This document shows, in pieces, positions 41,004 through 50,202 of a stretch of 64,000 nucleotides of DNA (position 1 is the first letter of the stretch; each line of letters starts with the position of its first letter). The position numbers and the translations under genes are program-made. Origin of the DNA: Candidatus Helarchaeota archaeon (GTDB lineage: Archaea; Asgardarchaeota; Lokiarchaeia; Helarchaeales; RDOG01); the NCBI GenBank assembly GCA_019058315.1, contig JAHPZH010000009.1, positions 64,001 through 128,000 on the forward strand. The letters run 5' to 3'. Under the pieces are notes generated by a model. That model ran no database searches and was not told the origin of the DNA. It was given only the letters and a program-made list of their open reading frames with translations.

Positions 41004-41267
41004 TTAGATCGATAAAATATCAGATTGGCTTAAATTCTTACGACAAAGAGGACAAATTCCTTTTAATTTTATCCACTCTATAAGATGGTTTTCATGAGCT
41101 GGATTCCTACAATGCGGACAATATACTTTTTCATTTTTTTCTTCATCTTTAATTGGAAGAGCACATACCATACATTTTTCTACGATATTCCAATTCCATT
41201 CCCCGAGAAAAGTTGTTTTACCTATGATAAAACGGTCCCAATTTTTTTTATGCATAATACGAACCAT
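41004..41267 (-). CDS. Small RING-finger protein (putative E3)
   Basis: C-x2-C-x14-CPHC-x4-H-x2-H-(W)-CPLC; upstream of ubiquitin. Confidence 0.85.
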   Translation of the reverse strand: MVRIMHKKNWDRFIIGKTTFLGEWNWNIVEKCMVCALPIKDEEKNEKVYCPHCRNPAHENHLIEWIKLKGICPLCRKNLSQSDILSI

Positions 41268-41373
41268 TTATTTTGTTTTTCCAGTTTTATTTAATAAATT
41301 ATTAAATAAATATTTTAAATTAAAGGAATAATTCGAGTATTGAATAAATTGATCTTAGTAATGTGATATTTTT

Positions 41374-41778
41374 ATGAGTACCGACGAAGATAAGATTTCA
41401 ATTGATATCGAGGTTATAGAAACACCTCGAGGCAAAGTTGTAAGCCTTGAAAGTATTAAAAATATTATAAATGCATTGAATTTATTAAATGTAGAGCTTA
41501 TTACATCTAATGAAAAAATTAATAATGAGGTTCTGAATGAAATGATAAATGTCGAAAGGGAATTAAAAGCTATTAGGAAGTTATTAGCTGAAAATACAAT
41601 AACACATGAAGCTTTAAAAGAAAATATCAGAGAAATGAAAGATGTTTTAAAAAGTAATCTAGATTCATTAAATACAAACTTTAAAAAATTATCAAATGAC
41701 TTTGAATCATTCGAGAAAAATATAGAAAGGAAAATAATTTCATCTTTAACCAAATTCATTCAGAGCTCAAAATCTTAA
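41374..41778 (+). CDS. Hypothetical coiled-coil protein
   Basis: Short beta-hairpin (IEVIETPRGKV) followed by heptad repeats. Confidence 0.75.
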   Translation: MSTDEDKISIDIEVIETPRGKVVSLESIKNIINALNLLNVELITSNEKINNEVLNEMINVERELKAIRKLLAENTITHEALKENIREMKDVLKSNLDSLNTNFKKLSNDFESFEKNIERKIISSLTKFIQSSKS

Positions 41779-41875
41779 TATCTAAAGTAAGGATCCCATT
41801 TGAAAAATATTATTAGAGTTCAATAGTTAAAGAATTTAGATTTTTTTTATTAATATAAGAAGGACAGAAAATCGG

Positions 41876-42550
41876 TTGGAGGAAAGGATTTATATCGAAG
41901 CAGAATTGATGTATAAAAAACAAAATGATTTTAAAACTATTCAGGGGAATCTTAGAAAGTGGGTAGGTCATTTAAAAACAAGAAATGATGATTCTATCAC
42001 GATTAATATCGAAATTCCTCGTAGTTTTCCTATTGAACCTCCAATTATTAAAATAAGTCCTCCTATTATCCATTCTATTATTGATGAGAGTGGAAATATA
42101 AACTTAAAGATGCTTAAAAATTGGAAACCTGAATATCACATTTTTCAAATCATCAATAGTTTGAAAGCAATATTTTGGAAGGAACCGCCAAAGAAATTAT
42201 ATAGGGTAGAAGTAAAGAAAGTTAAAAGTTCTAGCAAAAAAATTAAAAAAACTAAGCAAATAAAACCTAAAAAAAGAGTCTCTATAAAAGAAACTGACAT
42301 CTCCAGAGAAGAGATGGAAAATAAAATTCAAATTCAATTCTCTTTGGATTTCTTTTCTCCTTCATTAAAAGATAGAGTATTAGATCTTCAAAGCGAAAAA
42401 ATCGCAGTCATTAATTTAGTGGAAAGCCTTGATGAAAATTTTCAAAAAGGAGATATAACAGCTGAGATTTACGCAAAATTATATAAAAAATATTATAATT
42501 TCTTAGTTTTAATAAATACAAAATTAAAGAAAATAAGTCAAGAAAATTAA
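41876..42550 (+). CDS. UEV-domain protein with C-terminal steadiness-box-like hairpin (Vps23/TSG101-like, ESCRT-I)
   Basis: E2 fold (IPRSFPIEPP, H..ID.SG.I.L..L.NWKP) with Asn in place of catalytic Cys; LDENFQKGDITAEIYAKLY. Confidence 0.82.
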   Translation: MEERIYIEAELMYKKQNDFKTIQGNLRKWVGHLKTRNDDSITINIEIPRSFPIEPPIIKISPPIIHSIIDESGNINLKMLKNWKPEYHIFQIINSLKAIFWKEPPKKLYRVEVKKVKSSSKKIKKTKQIKPKKRVSIKETDISREEMENKIQIQFSLDFFSPSLKDRVLDLQSEKIAVINLVESLDENFQKGDITAEIYAKLYKKYYNFLVLINTKLKKISQEN

Positions 42551-42606
42551 AATGGGTTTTTAGTAAATAAATTGGATTAATTAAAAACAAGAAGTTATAA
42601 AATTAA

Positions 42607-43437
42607 TTAAATATCGAAATTAAATTTAAAAGATTTTTTATCTATCCAACTAGCCCTTTTATTTTTAACTAAAATGTTAACAATTTCCCTTAAATCCTTT
42701 GCTGGCAATGTTTCAAATCCCTTTGCAATATCTGCACCCATTTCTCGTAAATCTAATAATGTCAATCTTTCTTCTCCAACTAAAAAAGCCCAATCATAAA
42801 GTATATCTCCCCATTTATCCAGCGATTGCCAAAAAACTCTTAGACGAGTCTTTTCGTCATTAAGCCACTTGGCAAGTTTTGAATCTTCTGCTAGATGATC
42901 CATTATAATCTGTAAACATGTTTCACGGTCCTCTAGAGCGTTAAATGGCTTTTTTGTATGTAAATCATATTTATCAACAATGTGTTGGAGAAATTCTTTA
43001 CACCAATCAAAAAGAAAATTAGCCCATTCACTTGCCCATAACTCAACTTCTTCTTCCCAAGCATCTTTATCTTTTTTCTTATCAGGAATAAAATACATCC
43101 ATGGGTATAGATTTTCTTTATATGCCCATTTATAGGTTTGTATCAACTTTTTAATAATATCTTCTTCGGTTATTTCTTTTACTTTAGCCTTTTCTTTGGT
43201 TATAATCTTTTCTGGTTTTGTTACGGGTGGTTTTTGAACAATTTGTGTGGTTTTCACTTTTTTTTGTTTCTTAATCTTGACTTTTTCTTTGATTTTTTTA
43301 GTTTTTTCATCAATAGTTTCAACTAATTTTTCAGCTTCAGCCTCTAATTCAGAGATATCTTTCTCCTTTTCTTTAATTTTTTCCTTATTTTCCTCCTCTT
43401 CTTCCCGCTCTCTTTGTAATGTTGCCAATTCTATCAC
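42607..43437 (-). CDS. Vps25-like ESCRT-II subunit with N-terminal charged extension
   Basis: YPWMYFIP..W..EW..FL.DWC and VFWQSLDKWG.ILY.W resemble Vps25 tandem winged helices; directly downstream of vps4. Confidence 0.75.
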   Translation of the reverse strand: MIELATLQREREEEEENKEKIKEKEKDISELEAEAEKLVETIDEKTKKIKEKVKIKKQKKVKTTQIVQKPPVTKPEKIITKEKAKVKEITEEDIIKKLIQTYKWAYKENLYPWMYFIPDKKKDKDAWEEEVELWASEWANFLFDWCKEFLQHIVDKYDLHTKKPFNALEDRETCLQIIMDHLAEDSKLAKWLNDEKTRLRVFWQSLDKWGDILYDWAFLVGEERLTLLDLREMGADIAKGFETLPAKDLREIVNILVKNKRASWIDKKSFKFNFDI

Positions 43438-43445
43438 GCTAAAAA

Positions 43446-44627
43446 TTAAATTGCACCAAATTCATTGCCCCATTCAATGTATTTATTTAGTTCATCTTTT
43501 GCCACTGAAGATTTAATGTATTCTAATGTTTCTAAAAAGTCTTTTTGTTTAACTGGTCTTGGGTTCTCTGTTTCAATAAGATTACCACTAATGTCTAATT
43601 CTCTTATAGGTTTCATTATGCTTTCTCTACATATCAAAGCAATATCTGAACCTGAAAATTTATCTGTTTCTTTAGCAAGTTTATCAAAGTTAACATCTGT
43701 ATCCAATTCGACCCCTTTAGTATGTAATTTAAAAATTACAACACGTGCTTCATACTCAGGCATGCCTACATAAATTCTTTTCTCGAATCTTCTACGAAAT
43801 GCAGAATCTATTTCCCAAGGTCTATTAGTAGCACCTAATATTACAATTGCTTGCCCTCCACTTTTTAATCCATCAACTTCTTGAAGTAATTGGGTTTTAA
43901 TCCTTCTTTCACCACCGTGTTCACCACTATCACCTCTAGATGTGGCTATTGAATCAATTTCATCAATGAATATTAAAGAAGGTGAGTTTTCTCTAGCCAA
44001 TTCAAATAATTCTTTTACTAATTTCTCGGATTCTCCTAACCATTTTGAAACTAGTGAAGCTGCATCTGCATTGAAAAATGTAGCATTGCATTCATGAGCT
44101 ACAGCTTTAGCAATTAAAGTTTTACCACAACCTGGAGGGCCATATAATAAAATTCCTTTCCATGGACGTCTAGAACCTTTAAATAAATCTGGACGTAACA
44201 TTGGTAAAATAATAGCTTCTCTCAGAGCTTGTTTTGGGGCTTCTAAATTTGCAACATCCTCCCATTTTACATCAGGTTTCTCTGTTACTATTGTTTCGGA
44301 AACTGTACGTCTTAATTCCATATCTTCTTTGGTTGCAATTTTTTTTATAGGTTTTAAGGGTTTTTCAGATGGCTCAGTGCTTGTCCTAGGTCTGGGTACT
44401 TCATACTCATAAATTCCCCTAATTTCTTTTACTCTTTTTTGATATTGCTCAATCCTATCTAAACAAATATGCCTTAATTTTATATTCTTTGTGACTTTTG
44501 CGAATTCCATCAAAATTTCCATAGCTTCTATATAGTATCGACTTGCTTCATCATAATTCTCGTCATTATCGAGATCAACAGCTTTTTTTGCTTTGCTAAT
44601 ACCCATCTTAAAAGTTCTCATAGACAT
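43446..44627 (-). CDS. vps4: Vps4 AAA ATPase (MIT + AAA)
   Basis: MIT (AKKAVDLD...Y..A...Y), PWKGILLYGPPGCGKT, SKWLGESEK, FIDEID, GATNRPW, RRRFEKRI. Confidence 0.95.
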   Translation of the reverse strand: MSMRTFKMGISKAKKAVDLDNDENYDEASRYYIEAMEILMEFAKVTKNIKLRHICLDRIEQYQKRVKEIRGIYEYEVPRPRTSTEPSEKPLKPIKKIATKEDMELRRTVSETIVTEKPDVKWEDVANLEAPKQALREAIILPMLRPDLFKGSRRPWKGILLYGPPGCGKTLIAKAVAHECNATFFNADAASLVSKWLGESEKLVKELFELARENSPSLIFIDEIDSIATSRGDSGEHGGERRIKTQLLQEVDGLKSGGQAIVILGATNRPWEIDSAFRRRFEKRIYVGMPEYEARVVIFKLHTKGVELDTDVNFDKLAKETDKFSGSDIALICRESIMKPIRELDISGNLIETENPRPVKQKDFLETLEYIKSSVAKDELNKYIEWGNEFGAI

Positions 44628-44711
44628 TAGGATTACACAATATATTTTTTTATTTCATTTAATTCCAAAATCAAAATATTGATAATTTCATAAGGAAGAT
44701 CTATTTGATAG

Positions 44712-45329
44712 TTACAATTTTTCTTCTTTCAATTTTTTTATTTCTTTTTCTAGTTCGATCATCTTCTCTGAAGGAGGTAGTAATGATTTTTTAGCTTCTG
44801 TTTCTATTTCTGCATCTAGTTGTTCCATGCCCTCTTTAATGTCATATTCAGTTACTTGAAGACTCGTTTGGGTACCTTCTTCAACTCCATCTTGGATATA
44901 TTCTCCTGTTAAGTCGAATTGTTGCAAATTTCTTTGTAGATCTGCCATCATCTCTCCTAGTTTCGGAATTTCTACATTTTTTAATAGACTTTTCAAACTG
45001 CGTTGTACAGAGGATAAGTTCTTCGCTATTTCAACATGACTTTTAGCCATCTTAATCTGATGGACTAAACCTTCAATATTCAATCTATATGTGTCTACAG
45101 CAATAGCCCATTTTTGAAATCGTAATCTATGTTGCATGTAAAGCTGAGCTCCCTGATTATTTCCTTCTAAACGATATTTTTTCGCTCTTTTATATTGAGC
45201 TTTAGATTCCTTTTCTAATTGTTTTCTTTGATACATCAAATTTCGGTTAAAAAGTTCTAGGTTATTAAGCAATTTATTATAATTATCGCTTTTTCTCACC
45301 CACCTAAAAAAGTCTTCAAGAACGCCCAT
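44712..45329 (-). CDS. ESCRT-III subunit (Vps2/24/46-like), paralog B
   Basis: Basic N-terminal hairpin, acidic C-terminal half, MIM1-like ELEKEIKKLK; upstream of vps4. Confidence 0.88.
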   Translation of the reverse strand: MGVLEDFFRWVRKSDNYNKLLNNLELFNRNLMYQRKQLEKESKAQYKRAKKYRLEGNNQGAQLYMQHRLRFQKWAIAVDTYRLNIEGLVHQIKMAKSHVEIAKNLSSVQRSLKSLLKNVEIPKLGEMMADLQRNLQQFDLTGEYIQDGVEEGTQTSLQVTEYDIKEGMEQLDAEIETEAKKSLLPPSEKMIELEKEIKKLKEEKL

Positions 45330-45345
45330 CGACTCACCGGTAATT

Positions 45346-45963
45346 TCAATCTTTACCTTGTTTTAATTTTTTAATTTCATCTTCTAATTCTGAAATTTTT
45401 CCTGAGGGTGTTTTTAATATTTGACCAGTTTCTACTCCAATTTCAGCGTCTAATTCTGTCATTGCTTCGTTTATTTCCGCATCAGTTACTTGTGTGCTTA
45501 CTTGAGTTCCTTCTTGTATACTTTCATCAATAAATTCACCAGCTAGATCGAATTGTTGGAACATCGAATTGACATCATTCATAATTTCTGAGAGTTTTGG
45601 TAATTGTATTGCACCTGCCATGGACCTGAGAGTCCTTTGAATTACAGCTAACGTTCTAGCCATCTCATGATGGGATTGTGCCATGCGAAGTTGATGAAGT
45701 AGGCCTTCTATATTTAGTCTATAGGTATCAACAGCAAATGCCCATTTTTGAAATCTTAAACGATGTTCCATATATAATCTAGCTGCTTGATTGTTTCCCT
45801 CTAGCCTATACCTCTTAGCCGTCCTAAAGTTATCTCTGGATTGTTTTTCCAAATGTTTTCTTTGAAAGGTCAAATTACGGTTAAAAACATCTATTTTTGT
45901 TATTACTTTTTGCAGATTCTTGCCTTTTCTTAACCAACTAATAAATTTTTCTAATACTCCCAT
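45346..45963 (-). CDS. ESCRT-III subunit (Vps2/24/46-like), paralog A
   Basis: Same length (205 aa) and colinear with 44712-45329; MIM1-like ELEDEIKKLK. Confidence 0.88.
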   Translation of the reverse strand: MGVLEKFISWLRKGKNLQKVITKIDVFNRNLTFQRKHLEKQSRDNFRTAKRYRLEGNNQAARLYMEHRLRFQKWAFAVDTYRLNIEGLLHQLRMAQSHHEMARTLAVIQRTLRSMAGAIQLPKLSEIMNDVNSMFQQFDLAGEFIDESIQEGTQVSTQVTDAEINEAMTELDAEIGVETGQILKTPSGKISELEDEIKKLKQGKD

Positions 45964-46165
45964 GAAGATTTATCTCCAGGATTCTATTTTTTTTTTTAAT
46001 AAAGCAAATTAGTGGATTTTTAATTTTCACCATAATTAAATTTTGTACAAATTTTGCTTAATATAAATAATTAAACACAGTTTAATTAATTATGCTTTGA
46101 GGTTGATTTTCTAATTAAAGTCAAATTTGATAATACAAATTTATTAAATATAATATTAGAAGTTA

Positions 46166-47617
46166 TTAATAACGTCCTCGTTTTTTAGATTCTGCTATTG
46201 CCTCCTCAGCTATTCTTATGGCTTTATCTTTCTCCTCTTTTGTAATTAATAGCTCTTTTTCTAGTTCTTTGTTTTCTATTTTAAGTTGTTTAATAATTAA
46301 TTCAAGTTCTTGGATTTTTGCCTGAAAAGCTTTAATTTCAGTTGTTTTATCAGAATCAGTTAAAAGTAATGAATCAAAAAGTTCCTTAGCTTCTTCAATT
46401 TGAGTCCTTGATCGTCCTTCACTAAGTCGTTTTCTCCTAGCTTCCATAGTTTCTTTTAATTCGTCGCTTACAAAATCTAGGGGATTAAATCCAGAACCTC
46501 CATGTAATGTTTCTCGTATTCGGATTTTTAAAATAAGGGGGGCTCTCTTAATTACATCTCCGGTAATAATCGCCTCACCAGGTTCTAATCGGGAAATATC
46601 TTCATTCCAATCAGATGATAATCCCTCAGAACTCTTGATTGTAATATCAATATCTCTAATATCAGTTAATTGATGAATAATCCAAGTACCAGCTTGAGCA
46701 CGAACAGTTGTATCGAGTAATTGAGGTTTTTGAGTAACAATTACTAAATTTGCACCAAATTTTCTTCCTTCTTGAGCAAGTAATTTGACTGTTTCCCTAA
46801 CTTTTGTTTTTTTCTTAGACGCAAAAAGATGGGCTTCATCTAATATACAGTAAAAAGGTTGAATTTCTCCATCTACAGATGCATCATATAATTTCATTAA
46901 TATTTTGTGGGTCAAAGCTTCCTGAACTTCTAAATCCAAACCGCGTAGATTTACAATTGTACATTGTTGAGATGAGATTAAATCCTTCGCTGAGCTTGTC
47001 ATAAGAAATTCTATGGGTACATCTCCCCCGGGATTTATATCCAAATCCGTAAATTCAATTATTTGTTCAGCATATGATTTCGGTTCGACATGAAATTCTT
47101 TAGAACTATCGGAATTTTCAACTTTAAGGCTCGAATATTCTCCATGACGATCAAAAATTATTACTGGAATCCCCTTTTTCAAAAATTCCTCTATAAAAAC
47201 CCCAACTGTATACGATTTTCCAGAACCACTCTTACCAGTAATAAAAACTCGTCCAAATTTGGCTAAAGGAAGTAAGACATCATATGGATATCCTCTTAAT
47301 TTCCCAAAATATACTCCCTTTTCTTCTGGTGTAAATATTCCTAAAGTCTCCCTTATCAATTCTTCAGTTGCTTTATAAACGACTTCTTTAGGTTTAAATG
47401 GTGTCTTTGGTATACTACCTACAACTTCGGCAACACCATAAATAAAACTTTTTTCATTCCAAATTTCTTTAATAATTAATAAATAGAACTTCTCTCCATG
47501 CTTTGCTTGAATATAATCATTTCTTCCTATTTTTGGATTTGTAATATCAATGTTTACAGTATGAGCATATGTTTTACCCTCGATAGTTCCAATTTGTTCT
47601 AAATTTTCAGTTTCCAT
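46166..47617 (-). CDS. HerA/FtsK-superfamily ATPase (DUF87) with C-terminal coiled coil
   Basis: GKSGSGKS, FDRHGEY, ILDEAH, AQEGRKFG, VTQKP, LEPGEA; N-terminal HAS-barrel-like region. Confidence 0.92.
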   Translation of the reverse strand: METENLEQIGTIEGKTYAHTVNIDITNPKIGRNDYIQAKHGEKFYLLIIKEIWNEKSFIYGVAEVVGSIPKTPFKPKEVVYKATEELIRETLGIFTPEEKGVYFGKLRGYPYDVLLPLAKFGRVFITGKSGSGKSYTVGVFIEEFLKKGIPVIIFDRHGEYSSLKVENSDSSKEFHVEPKSYAEQIIEFTDLDINPGGDVPIEFLMTSSAKDLISSQQCTIVNLRGLDLEVQEALTHKILMKLYDASVDGEIQPFYCILDEAHLFASKKKTKVRETVKLLAQEGRKFGANLVIVTQKPQLLDTTVRAQAGTWIIHQLTDIRDIDITIKSSEGLSSDWNEDISRLEPGEAIITGDVIKRAPLILKIRIRETLHGGSGFNPLDFVSDELKETMEARRKRLSEGRSRTQIEEAKELFDSLLLTDSDKTTEIKAFQAKIQELELIIKQLKIENKELEKELLITKEEKDKAIRIAEEAIAESKKRGRY

Positions 47618-47913
47618 TTTAAACCCTATATTGATCAACATTAATATGATAAAACAGCATTAAGTATTCAGTAATCTAATATTTAAAATTTTAATGAAAG
47701 CGGAAAATGAATAAAAATAATTACAGAAATAATCTCTATTTATTTTAATAAAGAAAAATAATTGCAAAAATGAAAAAGAAATATTTAATTTTTTGGATAG
47801 AATGCCTAGATATGTAATTTTTTAAATATCGGTTTTGATATAATAGGATTGAGAACTAAAATTTAAAAAAAAGAAACATGACTAGGAAATTAAATTAAGA
47901 GGATTTGAACGAA

Positions 47914-48537
47914 ATGGGATTTTTTAAGAAATTATTCCCCAAAAAGCAAGTAGAAAAAAGAGATCAAATTATATCTCAAATTCGGCAAAGTATGAACCAA
48001 ATGAATTTAAGATCTCGAAAATTTGCCAATCAAGCTGATTTAAATAAAGCTAAAGCAAGAAAATATATTAAAACAAACAAAGCTCTAGCAAAACAATATC
48101 TTGCAAGATATCAAAAAAGTCAAAAACTTCAAAAACGCTATGATACATATATTGCCAAATTGGAAGACAGAATTTTTGCATTAGAACAAGCCGAAGATAT
48201 CAAAGCAATGACGGATGCTATGAAAGGGGCAACTGTCGCATTAAAGCAAGCCAGTGTGTTAATTAACCCACAAACAGCAATGGAACTTTCTGTGGAATCT
48301 CAACAAGCTATGGCTGACATTGATAGAGCAGGAGAGATATTCGCCGAAGAAGAGGATTTAAATTTAGATGAAGAAGAACTGGACGCAGCCCTCGAAGAAT
48401 TAGAAGCAGAGGCACTATTAGGGGAAATTGAAGAATTACCGGAAGTACCAGCCGATACTATTCGACAACCTGAAAAATCTAAAGTTAAAAAACAACTTGA
48501 AGAATTAAGAGAATCCATTGATTCAGATATAGATTAA
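47914..48537 (+). CDS. ESCRT-III subunit, Snf7 (Vps20/32/60)-like
   Basis: MGFFKKLF amphipathic N-terminus, NKALAKQYL, LDEEELDAALEELE, MIM2-like LPEVP. Confidence 0.92.
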   Translation: MGFFKKLFPKKQVEKRDQIISQIRQSMNQMNLRSRKFANQADLNKAKARKYIKTNKALAKQYLARYQKSQKLQKRYDTYIAKLEDRIFALEQAEDIKAMTDAMKGATVALKQASVLINPQTAMELSVESQQAMADIDRAGEIFAEEEDLNLDEEELDAALEELEAEALLGEIEELPEVPADTIRQPEKSKVKKQLEELRESIDSDID

Positions 48538-48554
48538 AAATAAAATTAAATACT

Positions 48555-48791
48555 TTAGGCCGCCCAAGGTAAATCAGGAGTTTCTGGAGTAGGTGCAGCT
48601 GGTGTCGGAATAATAGCAAGCATAACAATAACACCTACTATTAATAATAATGTAACAATAATAACAGAATAAGGACCTACTTTTACTCCCCAACTCTCCT
48701 CTTGAAAAAATCGTATTAAACCAGCACCTGCAAAAGGCATCGGTCCTTCACGGGATCTACGTTTTTGGCGTCTACCTGGCTTTTTTGACAT
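48555..48791 (-). CDS. secG: Preprotein translocase subunit Sec61beta
   Basis: AGLIRFFQEE..GVKVGP followed by a single TM helix. Confidence 0.92.
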   Translation of the reverse strand: MSKKPGRRQKRRSREGPMPFAGAGLIRFFQEESWGVKVGPYSVIIVTLLLIVGVIVMLAIIPTPAAPTPETPDLPWAA

Positions 48792-48882
48792 CTTATTTCA
48801 AACTTTTTAATTTTTAATAAATTAATTAATATAATTTAATTTTCTTTTATAAAAGTTAATAACAATCAGAGGAAACATAAAA

Positions 48883-49170
48883 ATGAAAATATCCGAATTT
48901 CAACAATTGATGAAGGATCTATATTTTGAACGAGATAAAAAAAGAGGAGTTTCAAAAACCTTTTGTTGGTTGGTTGAAGAAATTGGAGAACTAGCCAAGA
49001 GTATAAATAAGAAAAATCTTGATGTTGCTCAAGAATTTGCTGATGTTTTAGCATGGTTATGTTCTGTAGCAAATTTATTTGAGATTGATCTAGAGAAAGT
49101 AGCTATAGACAAATATAATTATTTTTGCCCAAAATGTAAAAAAAATCCTTGTAAGTGTGAATTTGATTAA
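48883..49170 (+). CDS. MazG-like nucleotide pyrophosphohydrolase
   Basis: EEIGELA, EFADVLAWL, C-terminal CPKC..PCKC. Confidence 0.92.
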   Translation: MKISEFQQLMKDLYFERDKKRGVSKTFCWLVEEIGELAKSINKKNLDVAQEFADVLAWLCSVANLFEIDLEKVAIDKYNYFCPKCKKNPCKCEFD

Positions 49171-49353
49171 TTTATTATGAGTAAATAAACAACTTCATGT
49201 TTAAACAATATATTCTTTTATAGTTCAATGAAAAAATAATTAAATTATATAATAATTTGAATTTTAAAACTTGAATTTTTAATGAAAATAGTGAAAAGAA
49301 ATATTAATCAATAACTCAAATCTTACTTAATTTACTCTGGAGTAACGATATTA

Positions 49354-50193
49354 ATGAAAGTAGAGGAAATTATGAAAAAGGAAGTAATTTCAGTAGAAGT
49401 TCCGAATTCTAGAGCTAACCTCATGGAATTATTTGAAAAACATAATTTAAAATCATTACCAGTACTAAAAAAAGGCACGAATAATTTAGTTGGAGTAGTA
49501 ACACAAGCAGATCTCATTAAAAATCCTTCCGAAGATCAACTTGCCTTATTGATGACTAGGAATCCAATTACCGTTTCTGCTAAAGATGATATTAAAAATG
49601 CTGTAAAATTAATAATAAATAACAATCTTAGACGTTTACCGGTTACAGACAACGATAAAAGTTTAAAAGGAATGTTATCGATAACAGATATTATTTCAAA
49701 AGGTATCTCAAAGTTAGGTATTCAAAAGACTATAAAGGATTATATTTTAAGGACTTTTACTTCAATTTGGGAAGGAACTCCACTTCCAATAGTACCTCAT
49801 ATTATGAGGTTAGCCAAAAAACAGGCTCTTCTTGTTTTAAATGATAAAGGTAATTTATCAGGAATAATATCACAAGAAGATCTTATTAAAGCAAGTGAAA
49901 TTGTGTCTGAAAATACAAAATCAAATATTTCTGCTGAATCTGAAGGTGATTTTAGTTGGGATGCTTCCTCTACACTTCTTATAACTCAACATAAATTAAA
50001 ATTACCAAATGATAAACTAATTAAAGATGTAATGGAAAAAAAATTAATCACTGCAATTGAATCTACTAGTATTAAAGAATGCGCTGATAAAATGCGTAAA
50101 TATAATATAAGCCAATTACCGGTTTTAGATGCTCGTGGGGAATTAATTGGATTAATAACCGATAATAGTTTGTTAAAAGCACTTTATGAATAA
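49354..50193 (+). CDS. CBS domain-containing protein (four CBS repeats)
   Basis: Repeated LPV...LxGxhT/S..Dh motifs. Confidence 0.92.
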   Translation: MKVEEIMKKEVISVEVPNSRANLMELFEKHNLKSLPVLKKGTNNLVGVVTQADLIKNPSEDQLALLMTRNPITVSAKDDIKNAVKLIINNNLRRLPVTDNDKSLKGMLSITDIISKGISKLGIQKTIKDYILRTFTSIWEGTPLPIVPHIMRLAKKQALLVLNDKGNLSGIISQEDLIKASEIVSENTKSNISAESEGDFSWDASSTLLITQHKLKLPNDKLIKDVMEKKLITAIESTSIKECADKMRKYNISQLPVLDARGELIGLITDNSLLKALYE

Positions 50194-50202
50194 AATTACT
50201 TA

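Noticed and set aside
41355-41759. 134-aa antisense ORF, and similar antisense ORFs over tuf, rps5, rpl1 and rpl11
   Set aside because: Mirror frames of real genes with Ser/Phe/Ile-biased composition and no motifs.
46166-47617. HerA as part of an anti-phage system (Sir2-HerA or nuclease-HerA)
   Set aside because: No sirtuin or nuclease partner is adjacent; neighbours are ESCRT-III genes.
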